From NCBI GenBank assembly GCA_913030785.1, contig CAJWER010000002.1, positions 1 to 36,980 on the forward strand: a stretch of 36,980 nucleotides of DNA. Direction: 5' to 3'. The notes beneath the pieces are model-generated. The model was given only the letters and a program-made list of their open reading frames with translations. It was not told the origin of the DNA and searched no databases. This DNA is from an uncultured Chloroflexota bacterium. Its GTDB lineage: Bacteria > Chloroflexota > Dehalococcoidia > Lucifugimonadales > CAJWER01. This document shows, one piece after another, positions 1-8,700 of the stretch. The translations under genes were made by a program, and so were the position numbers. Numbering within the stretch: the stretch's first letter is position 1; each line of letters opens with the position of its first letter.

Positions 1-12
1 CGCCTTGGCATC

Positions 13-534
13 TTGATGCAGCACCTCACCTCGCCCGTGCCGGCGCTTCCTCAAACCCTGGCGGACGGGAAGCCCCCGTCGGACAACATCCGGGCGCTTC
101 ACGCCGCGCTCCTGTCCAAGGGGCCGGAGATGCGCCCCACGGAGACCAAGCTGGTGGCGCAGATCCTGGCGGGTCGTGAGATGACCGATCCGGACGAAGT
201 GCGCCGGTTTCTCGATCCGGCCGTGTATGAGCCGACCGCGCCCGCAACGCTCCACGACCTCGAGCGCGGCGCAACTCGAATCCGCCAGGCCATCGGCAAG
301 GGGGAGCGCATTCTGGTTTGGGGGGACTTTGATGTCGACGGGCAGACGTCGACCGCTCTGCTGGTATCGGCTTTGGAAGGGATGGGGGCGACGGTGGAGT
401 ACCACATACCGATCCGGGAGAGAGAGTCCCACGGCATCCAGCCCGAGGTCTTGCGCGGGTATATCGATGCGGGGGTCGATCTCCTGCTGACTTGCGACAC
501 GGGGATCGGAGCCGTCGACGCGGTCGCTCTCGCC
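13..534 (+). pseudogene. recJ: RecJ-like single-stranded-DNA exonuclease, N-terminal fragment only (truncated)
   Basis: The translation has RecJ/DHH-family motifs I and II (ERILVWGDFDVDGQTSTALL, YHIPIRERESHG, LLLTCDTGIG). Similarity ends after AVDAVALA, the DHH motif never appears, and the frame runs into non-homologous residues with a stop at 675. Confidence 0.6.
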
Positions 535-546
535 ATGGTTGATATG

Positions 547-912
547 GCACACATCGTCCTTTCCGTTCCCGTGGCCATGGGCCGCCAGGATGGCGGGCCT
601 GCGCTCGCCGGCAGCTATGTCCTTGGGCACGAGCACGTAGGCGACCACGGCCATGTCGGGCTCGGCGTTGAATAGGACTTTCTCTCGCCAATACGACCCC
701 TTGTCTACCCGTTCCAGGGTGATCGGGTCTAGGTCGCACGCCTCAGGGAGAGGCCCCATCGCCTTAGCTAGCCTGGCCGAAAACTCCCCCTTCCAGCTCT
801 CGAATTCGTCCTTCGTGGAGGCACTGAATGTATAGGGCCTTTCGACATTGTGGTACTTGCGAAGAAAGTACTCGCCTAGGGAGAGGTTTCGGACCATCTG
901 CGACTGAGACAT
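547..912 (-). pseudogene. alpha/beta hydrolase (Abhydrolase_7 / dienelactone-hydrolase-like), N-terminal fragment
   Basis: My own translation from ATG at 912, which is preceded by GGAGG-6nt: MSQSQMVRNLSLGEYFLRKYHNVERPYTF...YWREKVLFNAEPDMAVVAYVLVPKD...RRPAILAAHGHGNGKDDV. The frame stays open to nt 1 only as an antisense shadow of recJ. It is absent from the ORF track because no stop is reached. Confidence 0.45.
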
Positions 913-1067
913 GCGGGGCCTCCGCCGTGGTATTGGAATGGCCGATACGCTCGCCTGGCCAACGTACCGATACTACAGCAAGAGACGGGGGTCCGGGAAA
1001 TTGGGGAGCGAGGGATCAAGCAGTGGGCCGAATCACCACCGTGATAGGACAGCCCGGCACGTACGGG

Positions 1068-1490
1068 CTACATCCCCTGGGAACGGCTGATACCGAGTCG
1101 GTGGGCAATGGACTGCAATAACGGTGTGTGCTCAGACGCTCGAGAGCGCCGTCGTCGCCGCGCACGGTAGTCCTTGATCTCATTGCGAGCCACGTCGAGC
1201 TGGTTGCCCAGGCTCGTGATCTGTACTCGCATCTGAGCAATTTCATCCGCCTGCCCATCTGCCGGACCGAGGTATGCAGTGTCCGTGGCAGCTTGGGACA
1301 TTCCGGTGATCAGCCCGTGAATTGCGTCGACTCTCTCGGTGAGCTCGACGATCGCACGGCTCTGACTGTTTTCTGCGTCGCCCTCGTTCAAGGCAGCGAC
1401 ACGAGCCTCGAGCTGCCCGATCCTGAGCATCGACTCGCCATACAGTTTCAACAGCAAGTCGTAGTCGGGCTGCGAATCGATGTTCGCCAA
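1068..1490 (-). CDS. hypothetical coiled-coil protein with Arg-rich C-terminal segment
   Basis: ORF 1068..1556 has heptad-like helical text (LLLKLYGESMLRIGQLEARVAALNEG...QMRVQITSLGNQLDVARNEIKDYRARRRRRSR). The likely start is TTG at 1490, preceded by GGAGG-7nt. I recognised no family. Confidence 0.4.
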   Translation of the reverse strand: MANIDSQPDYDLLLKLYGESMLRIGQLEARVAALNEGDAENSQSRAIVELTERVDAIHGLITGMSQAATDTAYLGPADGQADEIAQMRVQITSLGNQLDVARNEIKDYRARRRRRSRASEHTPLLQSIAHRLGISRSQGM

Positions 1491-1609
1491 TTGGGGGCCT
1501 CCGTGCGGTCTATCACCGAACCCGGTCAATTGTAGTGGCAGTGTCAAGGCGCGCAATAGGGAATAATACCTATCTTAATCACCCGACGTTCTTGCCAGCA
1601 CTGTGATTG

Positions 1610-2455
1610 CTATAGCAAGACGTGCACGACCCTGGGCAGCCCAGCGAGGTCCATTAGATGCGTAACCTCGCTGTCGGGGAACAGGCCTTGCGCCAGCAAA
1701 ACAACTGATTCTAGCTGGCTCGACGCTATCTCGATCGCAAGCAGCCTCGGCTGCTGCACAAGACCAGCGACCTGCCGCATCAACTCCGAAATCGCGGCGA
1801 GGCCGTCACTACCACCATCGAGGGCGGTCTCAGGCTCGCGTCTGACCTCACTGGTCAGACCGGCAAGTTCGCCGGCGGTCAGGTACGGCGGGTTGGAGAC
1901 TATTATGTCGACCGGCCCCGGTAATGGCTCCAACAAATCCCCTTGTAGAAGGTGCACCGCGTCCTGCACATCAAGGGACAGCGCATTGGCCTCGGCGATC
2001 TTCAGGGCAACGTGTGAGATATCAGTGGCGAAAACGGTCGCGTCCGGCAGCGCTTTTGCTACGGCAATAGCGATGGCACCGCTGCCTGTACCCACATCCG
2101 CAATAAGGAGCCGCCTCAAGTTGCTGGTGCTGACAAACTCAAGTACGGCGTCTACCAGTAGCTCCGTCTCTTGACGTGGCACAAGCACGCCCGGCCCTAC
2201 GCCAAACTCATGGCCATAGAACTCACGACGCCCGAGGATATAGGCGAGGGGTTCTCCGGCTATGCGTCTCTCGGCCAGTGTGTCCGCCAGATCCTGCTCA
2301 GGCAGGGCAACAGGCCGTTCCAAAGACGCGAAGTATTCGGCCCTATCGATCCCCAGAACGTAACGAAGTAGTACCTCCGCCTCCAGACCGGCATCGACAA
2401 CATCCGCGGCTTCAAGCCGGTCGCGGGTCTGTAGCCACGACTCCCGGACGGTCAC
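1610..2455 (-). CDS. prmC: release-factor glutamine N5-methyltransferase PrmC/HemK
   Basis: SAM-binding ADVGTGSGAIAIA and the catalytic IIVSNPPY motif are present. The start overlaps the prfA stop by 4 nt, the classic prfA-prmC operon arrangement. Confidence 0.9.
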   Translation of the reverse strand: MTVRESWLQTRDRLEAADVVDAGLEAEVLLRYVLGIDRAEYFASLERPVALPEQDLADTLAERRIAGEPLAYILGRREFYGHEFGVGPGVLVPRQETELLVDAVLEFVSTSNLRRLLIADVGTGSGAIAIAVAKALPDATVFATDISHVALKIAEANALSLDVQDAVHLLQGDLLEPLPGPVDIIVSNPPYLTAGELAGLTSEVRREPETALDGGSDGLAAISELMRQVAGLVQQPRLLAIEIASSQLESVVLLAQGLFPDSEVTHLMDLAGLPRVVHVLL

Positions 2456-3522
2456 ACCCCCGCCTCTTCGAGCCTCTGCGCCTGCTCCATCTCCACGAGG
2501 GCGTCGATGAACCCTTCTATGTCCCCTTCCATCACGAGGTCCAGGTTGTGGGATGTGTAGCCGACGCGATGGTCCGTGACCCGGCTTTGTGGGAAATTGT
2601 AGGTGCGCACTCGCTCCGAACGGTCACCGGAACCGACCTGGGAACGGCGCGCGTCGGTGCGCTCCCGGTTCTGTTTCTCGATCTCCGCTGCCAAAACCCG
2701 CGAGCGTAGAACAGCCATGGCCTTGTTCTTGTTCTTGAGTTGGGATCGCTCGTCCTGGCAGATAGCCATTAGACCCGTGGATATGTGAGTAATACGGATC
2801 GCGGTAGCAACCTTCTGGACATTCTGGCCGCCGTGTCCGCCAGCATGGAAGACGTCGATCTGTACGTCTTCGGCGTCAATCTGAACGTCGACCTCCTCGG
2901 CCTCCGGCAGAACTGCGACTGTGGCCGCCGAAGTGTGGATCCGTCCGCTCGACTCGGTCGTGGGAATACGCTGTACACGATGAACACCACTCTCGTGTTT
3001 AAGACGGCTGTAGGCGCCTTCTCCTTTGATCTGGAAGACGATCTCCTTGATGCTGCCGACTCCAGTTTCGTTGCTATGCACTATCTCGAGGCCCCAGTTT
3101 TTCTGCTGGGCGTATTTCATATACATTCGATAGAGGTCCCCGGCGAACAATCCAGCCTCTTCACCACCGGTGCCTGCACGAATCTCCATGACGATGTTCT
3201 TGTCGTCGAGGGGATCCTTCTGGACCAGCTCCGCCTTCAGCTCTTCTTCGATGCGAATCTTCTCTTCCTCAAGTTCGGCAAGCTCCTCACGGGCGAGGGA
3301 AGCCATATCTCGATCGGTCTCGTCGTGGGAGATGGCGCGGATATCTTCGATATCCGCGGCCACCTGTCTGGCCCTCGTTGTCAGAACGGCCAGATTCCTG
3401 AGGGACGCGTGCTCCTTTGCGAGGGCCTGAACACGGCTGTAATCTGCCGCAATCTCCGGGTCGGCCATCTGGTCTTCGAGCTCTTTGTATCGTTCCTCTA
3501 TGTCTTTTAGCTTTTCTTGCAT
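2452..3522 (-). CDS. prfA: peptide chain release factor 1
   Basis: GGQ motif (HAGGHGGQNVQKV), RF1-type tripeptide region (RIPTTESSGRIHTSAATVAVLPE) and a typical N-terminus MQEKLKDIEERYKELE. Start chosen at the internal ATG 3522; the ORF extends to 3543. Confidence 0.93.
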   Translation of the reverse strand: MQEKLKDIEERYKELEDQMADPEIAADYSRVQALAKEHASLRNLAVLTTRARQVAADIEDIRAISHDETDRDMASLAREELAELEEEKIRIEEELKAELVQKDPLDDKNIVMEIRAGTGGEEAGLFAGDLYRMYMKYAQQKNWGLEIVHSNETGVGSIKEIVFQIKGEGAYSRLKHESGVHRVQRIPTTESSGRIHTSAATVAVLPEAEEVDVQIDAEDVQIDVFHAGGHGGQNVQKVATAIRITHISTGLMAICQDERSQLKNKNKAMAVLRSRVLAAEIEKQNRERTDARRSQVGSGDRSERVRTYNFPQSRVTDHRVGYTSHNLDLVMEGDIEGFIDALVEMEQAQRLEEAGV

Positions 3523-3702
3523 TTTTCTATTTCCCGACCACACTGGGAGTCTACGTGCAACCCCACCTGGTCAATTCACCTGTCCCTTTTCAATGGGAAT
3601 AAGGGGAGATCATGCTATGTGCTTGTGAAACGATTTGATCTTGCTCAATTACCTCGCCCAGGGAGCATTTCCATCCCAGCCTACGACGCATGTGCCGCAT
3701 AG

Positions 3703-4971
3703 CTAGGAGGGAATCAGCGCCGCCACCAAATCGTCCCTCGGAATTTCACGTTGCTCTCTATCGACCAGATTGCGAAGCATGAACGAGCCGCTCTCCAACT
3801 CACGATCGCCGATTATGACAGCGTGAGTGGCGCGGATGGACGATGCGTAGCGAAGCTGGCTCTTCAGGCTTCTGCCGGGAGGCGCCAGAACGGCGGCAAC
3901 CCCGGCCCGATGCAGCTCCGAGCAGAGCTTCACGCCCGCGGACTTGGACTCGTCGCCCATGTGGGCAACGATGATCTTGTTCCCGTCAATCTTCGTGATG
4001 GACTCATCGTCTCTGGGAATCGCCGCGAGTACGCGCTCTATTCCCAGTGCAAACCCAATCCCGGGAGTGGGCCTCCCACCCAGGAGTTCTATCAGCCCAT
4101 CGTAGCGTCCGCCAGCCACCAGAGTGCTCTGCTGCCCGTCGGAAGGAGGCACGATTTCGAACACCGTCCGCGAATAGTAGTCGAGTCCCCTGACCAGTCG
4201 CTTGTCGATCTTGTACGACCGTCCGACGGCATTGAGGTCACCCAGCAGGGCATCCCAGTGTTTTGAACAGTCGCCGCACAGATAGTCGACGCTACCGGGT
4301 GCGGCGTCGATCAGCGGCTGGCACGCTCCGTTTTTGCAGTCCAGGAGCCTCAGAGGGTTCGTCTCAAGGCGACGTTTGCAGTCATCATGCACCAGTTCAC
4401 TTGCCCGTGATCGGTAGTAAGAACGCAACTCGTCGATATACCCAGGTCTACACGTGGCGTCGCCGATGGAGTTCAACAAAAGTGTTACATCTTTGACTCC
4501 AACCGACTCCAACACGGACCATGCCAGGTCGATGACCTCGGAGTCTACTGACGCGTCAGTCTCCCCTATGACCTCGATGCCAAACTGGTGAAATTGCCTG
4601 TATCGGCCAGCCTGAGGCCGATCGTATCGGAAGAAATCACCCATGTAGAACAGGCGAACCGGCTGCGGCAAATTGTGCATGCCATGCTGGAGGTACGCGC
4701 GACACACGGGAGCCGTTCCTTCGGGGCGCAGGGAAACCAGGTCTCCCCCCCTGTCTTCGAACGTGTAAGTCTCCTTCTCGACAATGTCCGTGGCCTCGCC
4801 AACACTCCTTACAAACAAGTTGGCGTTCTCGAACGCGGGGGTATTAATGCGTTCGTATCCGAACCTAGTGGCAACGTCTTCAGCCCTGGATTCGAGGAAG
4901 CGCCAGTAGACCTGCTCCTCAGGGAGTATGTCACTGGTCCCTCTTGGCGCCTGGAACTGTTTCTGGCTCAC
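3703..4971 (-). CDS. hisS: histidine--tRNA ligase
   Basis: The N-terminus FQAPRGTSDILPEE, class II motifs (LRPEGTAPVCRAY, FRYDRPQAGRYRQFHQFGIE, GGRYDGL) and a C-terminal anticodon-binding domain are all present. Confidence 0.93.
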   Translation of the reverse strand: MSQKQFQAPRGTSDILPEEQVYWRFLESRAEDVATRFGYERINTPAFENANLFVRSVGEATDIVEKETYTFEDRGGDLVSLRPEGTAPVCRAYLQHGMHNLPQPVRLFYMGDFFRYDRPQAGRYRQFHQFGIEVIGETDASVDSEVIDLAWSVLESVGVKDVTLLLNSIGDATCRPGYIDELRSYYRSRASELVHDDCKRRLETNPLRLLDCKNGACQPLIDAAPGSVDYLCGDCSKHWDALLGDLNAVGRSYKIDKRLVRGLDYYSRTVFEIVPPSDGQQSTLVAGGRYDGLIELLGGRPTPGIGFALGIERVLAAIPRDDESITKIDGNKIIVAHMGDESKSAGVKLCSELHRAGVAAVLAPPGRSLKSQLRYASSIRATHAVIIGDRELESGSFMLRNLVDREQREIPRDDLVAALIPS

Positions 4972-5083
4972 TTTTCGGGTCTGCCCTTGCGAAAGATATT
5001 ACATAGGAGGAGGGCTTCACAAGCCCTTCAAAAAGGGTACCACATGTATCAGAAGCCAGTGACTGTCAGACACCTGCTCCAGA

Positions 5084-5113
5084 TTGCGAGTCCCCCGCCT
5101 TTATGGCTATAAT
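5084..5113 (+). promoter_or_regulatory. candidate sigma-70 promoter for rel (TTGCGA-18-TATAAT)
   Basis: TTGCGA at 5084-5089 and TATAAT at 5108-5113. AGGAGG lies at 5135-5140 ahead of an in-frame GTG at 5146. Confidence 0.4.
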
Positions 5114-5145
5114 CGGTGGGCGGCCCGGCCGCCCTAGGAGGCGAT

Positions 5146-7305
5146 GTGACCCTAGTAGAAGACCTCATGGTGAAGGCGTCAGAATACCTTCCCCAGGACA
5201 AGATGAGCTCCATCAAGGAGGCCTACCTCTTCGCGGAAGCTGCCCACGAAGGACAGGTCCGCAAATCCGGAGAGCCCTTCATCGAGCACCCGCTAAATAC
5301 GGCGTTGTATCTGGCTGACCTTAAGCTGGACTCAACCGCGCTTTCTGCCGCCCTCCTCCACGACGTGATGGAAGACTGTGATGTCCCCTTCGATGAACTA
5401 AGCGAACGGTTCGGCAACGATGTCGCCAGACTCGTGGACGGCGTCACAAAGTTGACCAAGACAGAGCTCCAGATGGACGGAACCGGCCCAAAGTTGTCCG
5501 CGAACACGGACAGCGGCGCCCAGGCGGCAACCATCCGGAAGATGCTGATGACCATGGCCGAGGACATCAGGGTGGTGTTGATAAAGCTGGCAGACCGCCT
5601 CCACAACATGAGGACGCTCAAAGCGCTCCCCGCCGACCGCCGTATTGCCATAGCCCAAGAGACCCTGGACATATACGCGCCGCTGGCCCATCGTCTGGGA
5701 ATATGGGAGATCAAGTGGCTGCTTGAGGACCTGGCATTCCAACATCTGAATCCGCAAAAGTACCGAGAGCTGTCCAGGCTGCTCAGCACCAAGCGAGGTG
5801 AACGCGAGGAGTATGTTAAGCGGGTAATCGAATTGCTGCAGTCCGAGTTGGATGCCGCGGGCATTGTGGCCGAGGTCACGGGACGCCCCAAGCACTTCTA
5901 CAGCATCTACAAGAAGATGCAGGCCTATCAGAGTCAGAACAAGGAGGTCGGCGAGATATACGACCTCTTCGCGCTCAGGGTTCTGGTCACCGAGGTTAAA
6001 GACTGCTATGCGGCCCTCGGCACCGTGCACAACCGATGGAGGCCTCTGCCCGGACAGTTCGACGACTACATCGCCAACCCGAAGGACAACCTCTACCAGT
6101 CGCTCCACACAGCCATCCTTTGCGAGGACGCGTCTCCGGTGGAGGTCCAGATTCGGACCCACGAGATGCACCGGCTGGCGGAGTACGGCGTCGCCGCCCA
6201 CTGGCTATACAAAGAAGGCCAGCCCGAGGATCAGCGCTTCGAGGAGAAGATGACCTGGCTGCGCCAGATCCTGGAGTGGCAGCGAGATGTCAGTGGCGCC
6301 GAGGAGTTCGTCGAGTCTTTCAAGACCGATATCTTCCAAAACCAGGTTTTTGTGTACACGCCAAAAGGTGAGCTCAAAGAGCTGCCGGCGGGCGCCACGC
6401 CGCTCGACTTCGCTTTCCGCATCCACACCGACATCGGTTACCGCTGTATCGGCGGCAAGGTGAATGGTCGGCTGGTCCCTCTCAACCACAGGCTTCAAAA
6501 CGGCGACACCGTCGAAATCATGACGAGCAAGACGGTCCGGGGCCCCAGCCTGGACTGGCTCAACGCGAACCTGGGATACGTCAGAACCGCGTCGGCCCGC
6601 GCAAAAGTTCGCCAGTGGTTCAACAAGCAGGCGCGGCGAGTCAATATCCAACGTGGACACGATATTTTCGTCAAACAACTACGCCGCCTAAATACCGACC
6701 TGGATGACCTGGATGTCGCCAAATCGATGAACATGGACTCGACGGACGAATTCCTGGCCGCCCTTGGAAGTGGCGTGATCACCACGACCCAGGTCGTCAA
6801 CAAGCTGGCATCCCAGGAGGTCAAGCCCCAGGAAGAGCGTCTCGTGGCGCTGCCGAGTACCGGCCCTGGCTCCGGGGTCACAGTCCTCGGCGTCGGAGAC
6901 CTGCTCACCCGCATGGCCCAGTGCTGCAACCCCATCAGAGGCGACAAAATCGCGGGGTACATCACACGAAGTCGCGGGGTCACGGTCCATCGCAGCACAT
7001 GTCCAAATGTGGTGAACGAGAAAGAGGCCGAGCGACTCATCGACGTCGGGTGGGGCCAGACTCAGACACTGTATCCCGTGCGAATCAGGATAGAGGCCTG
7101 GGACCGGGTCGGTCTCCTTCGAGATATCACATCTCTGGTCTCGGACGAGCGGGTGAACATCGCATCGTGCATCTCCGAAGAGTTCGAGGACAACAGCGTC
7201 ATTTCACTGACCGTCTACACCGATGGGATAAACCAGCTAGGTCGCCTGTTTTCAAAGCTGGAAGGGGTCGAAGGCGTGGCCCACGTGTCGAGGGCAACTT
7301 CCTGA
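5146..7305 (+). CDS. rel: bifunctional (p)ppGpp synthetase/hydrolase, RelA/SpoT (Rel) family
   Basis: HD hydrolase domain (HPLNTALYLADL...LLHDVMEDC), synthetase domain (RPKHFYSIYKKM, DLFALRVLV, YQSLHT), TGS domain (VFVYTPKGELKELPAGATPLDFAF) and C-terminal ACT domain. The ORF opens at 5116. GTG 5146 is preferred because of the SD and the promoter position; ATG 5167 is also possible. Confidence 0.93.
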   Translation: MTLVEDLMVKASEYLPQDKMSSIKEAYLFAEAAHEGQVRKSGEPFIEHPLNTALYLADLKLDSTALSAALLHDVMEDCDVPFDELSERFGNDVARLVDGVTKLTKTELQMDGTGPKLSANTDSGAQAATIRKMLMTMAEDIRVVLIKLADRLHNMRTLKALPADRRIAIAQETLDIYAPLAHRLGIWEIKWLLEDLAFQHLNPQKYRELSRLLSTKRGEREEYVKRVIELLQSELDAAGIVAEVTGRPKHFYSIYKKMQAYQSQNKEVGEIYDLFALRVLVTEVKDCYAALGTVHNRWRPLPGQFDDYIANPKDNLYQSLHTAILCEDASPVEVQIRTHEMHRLAEYGVAAHWLYKEGQPEDQRFEEKMTWLRQILEWQRDVSGAEEFVESFKTDIFQNQVFVYTPKGELKELPAGATPLDFAFRIHTDIGYRCIGGKVNGRLVPLNHRLQNGDTVEIMTSKTVRGPSLDWLNANLGYVRTASARAKVRQWFNKQARRVNIQRGHDIFVKQLRRLNTDLDDLDVAKSMNMDSTDEFLAALGSGVITTTQVVNKLASQEVKPQEERLVALPSTGPGSGVTVLGVGDLLTRMAQCCNPIRGDKIAGYITRSRGVTVHRSTCPNVVNEKEAERLIDVGWGQTQTLYPVRIRIEAWDRVGLLRDITSLVSDERVNIASCISEEFEDNSVISLTVYTDGINQLGRLFSKLEGVEGVAHVSRATS

Positions 7306-7319
7306 CGGCCAAGGGTCGG

Positions 7320-7350
7320 TTGTGTTCCATACGCACATAGCTGGTATAAT
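7320..7350 (+). promoter_or_regulatory. candidate promoter for rpsT with extended -10 (TGGTATAAT)
   Basis: TGGTATAAT at 7342-7350 and a weak TTGTGT at 7320-7325. GGGAGGA at 7368-7374 precedes the TTG start at 7383. Confidence 0.35.
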
Positions 7351-7382
7351 GACTTGTCCGACATTTTGGGAGGATCAAGAGA

Positions 7383-7640
7383 TTGCCGAGTAAAAAGACA
7401 GCGAGGGTGCAGGAGAGAAGGCGCGTACGAATGGCGCCCCTTCGCACCAGAGCGAAGTCGTCTGTTTCGTCAGCGCGAAAGCTAATTGGGTCCAGCGATG
7501 TCGAGGCTGCCGAAAAGGCAGTCACCGACGCGGTGGTTGCCCTGGACAAGGCAGCCCAGAAGGGCGCCATCCCCAGGAAGAACGCATCACGGCGCAAGTC
7601 GCGTCTGATGAAGCAGCTCGCTTCGACGAAGAGCGACTAG
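7383..7640 (+). CDS. rpsT: 30S ribosomal protein S20
   Basis: An 85-aa basic protein, PSKKTARVQERRRVRMAPLRTRAKS...ALDKAAQKGAIPRKNASRRKSRL, which is the typical S20 pattern. It uses a TTG start with a good SD. Confidence 0.9.
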   Translation: MPSKKTARVQERRRVRMAPLRTRAKSSVSSARKLIGSSDVEAAEKAVTDAVVALDKAAQKGAIPRKNASRRKSRLMKQLASTKSD

Positions 7641-7674
7641 GCCTCTACAGCCGAGTCCCGTCCCGCGACACTGA

Positions 7675-7704
7675 GACGCCCCAGCAGGGGCGTCTTTCGC
7701 TTTG
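7675..7704 (+). terminator. rho-independent terminator after rpsT
   Basis: GACGCCCC-agca-GGGGCGTC stem followed by TTTCGCTTTG. Confidence 0.6.
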
Positions 7705-7874
7705 TTATCTTCTCCCCCCACCGCCTTAGCTCCCTAAAGAGCCCTGCCTGCGCTACTTGGTGCGATGTCATAGCCACGAGTCTCATACACTTGTACACAT
7801 CTCGGATGACTCACCAACCGCCAGACCATCCCGTCGTCGAGTGTCTGAATTTTCCAATTTTGACGTAGCTTGCC

Positions 7875-7903
7875 TTGACACTTAGGTCAACGTCTGGTAC
7901 ATT
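7875..7903 (+). promoter_or_regulatory. candidate lexA promoter (TTGACA-17-TACATT)
   Basis: TTGACA at 7875-7880 and TACATT at 7898-7903, about 40 nt upstream of the lexA ATG. Confidence 0.4.
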
Positions 7904-7909
7904 TGTTCC
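7896..7909 (+). promoter_or_regulatory. candidate LexA operator (Cheo-box-like GGTACATTTGTTCC)
   Basis: GTAC-ATTT-GTTC differs by one base from the GAAC-N4-GTTC core of the Gram-positive SOS box. It overlaps the putative -10 of lexA, which would allow autoregulation. Confidence 0.4.
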
Positions 7910-7941
7910 GCACATGCGTACTCATAAAGAGTGAGGGACTG

Positions 7942-8586
7942 ATGAAAAAGAAGCTATCGGAGCGGCAGGAGCGGATGCTCTCGTTCATAAGCGAGTTCAT
8001 GGGAGAGCACCAGTACCCGCCCACGGTGCGCGATATTCAGGGCGGCTGCGACATCAGTTCCACCTCCGTGGTGGACTACAATCTGCGTATACTGCAGCGC
8101 GAGGGCTATCTGCGCCGTGAGGCAGACGTGTCGCGGGGCATCGAACTGTTGGGAAGCGGCGGCAAGCCTTCCAGATTTGGCATGGTCTCCGTACCAGTTG
8201 TGGGAAGCATCGCGGCCGGCGACCCGCTACCCACCCCAGCCTCAGGTTCCTGGCATACCGAGGCGGTCGACAACATAGAGTTGCCGACATTTCTCACCAA
8301 GGGCAAGGAAGACGTGTTCGCCGTGAGGGTGAAGGGCGAATCGATGATCGATGCTCTCGTAGCCGACGGCGATCTCGTCCTTCTGGAGCCCGTCGATCAG
8401 CCCGAACAGGGCGATATGGTAGCGGCATGGCTCCAAGACAGTGAGGCTGTCACGCTGAAGCATTTCTCCATCTCAAACGGTATGGTCACACTCCACCCTG
8501 CCAATGCGACCATGGAACCCATTACAGTTCCGGCGAGCAACGTCGCGGTCCAAGGGCGCGTCGTCGGAGTCATCCGAACGATGTAG
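7942..8586 (+). CDS. lexA: LexA repressor (S24 self-cleaving)
   Basis: Winged-helix N-terminus (LSERQERMLSFISEFMGEHQYPPTVRDIQ), cleavage site region VPVVGSIAAGDP, and Ser/Lys dyad context (VKGESMIDA ... LKHF). ATG 7942 follows GAGGGA. Confidence 0.9.
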   Translation: MKKKLSERQERMLSFISEFMGEHQYPPTVRDIQGGCDISSTSVVDYNLRILQREGYLRREADVSRGIELLGSGGKPSRFGMVSVPVVGSIAAGDPLPTPASGSWHTEAVDNIELPTFLTKGKEDVFAVRVKGESMIDALVADGDLVLLEPVDQPEQGDMVAAWLQDSEAVTLKHFSISNGMVTLHPANATMEPITVPASNVAVQGRVVGVIRTM

Positions 8587-8618
8587 TTTCGACTACGAGC
8601 AGCATCCCGAGAATCAGG

Positions 8619-8650
8619 AAAAGGCCGGGCCAGGTGCCCGGCCTTTTCTA
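8619..8650. terminator. bidirectional-looking rho-independent terminator after lexA
   Basis: AAAA-GGCCGGGC-caggt-GCCCGGCC-TTTT: an 8-bp GC stem flanked by an A-run and a T-run. Confidence 0.6.
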
Positions 8651-8700
8651 TTGGCCAGCGTGATAGAGTGCAATCGCAGATGGTATGACCAGGAGCGAAC

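Noticed and set aside
26-739. 237-aa minus-strand ORF, and other long ORFs antisense to real genes (for example 5398..6201 -, 24449..25291 +, 25355..26125 +, 29283..30272 +, 17207..17587 -).
   Set aside because: They are extremely Arg/Pro/Gly/Ala-rich with no recognisable motifs, and they lie entirely antisense or out of frame to confidently identified genes. These are typical shadow ORFs of GC-rich DNA.
2452-3543. Programmed +1 frameshift of the release-factor gene.
   Set aside because: That mechanism belongs to prfB (RF2). This gene is RF1 (PxT-type tripeptide region, no SPF), with one uninterrupted frame.
4972-5145. T-box or other leader riboswitch upstream of hisS, and similarly upstream of glnS (32604-32780).
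   Set aside because: The available upstream non-coding sequence is under 180 nt, is shared with a divergent promoter, and lacks a recognisable specifier/T-box (AGGGTGGNACCGCG-like) sequence.
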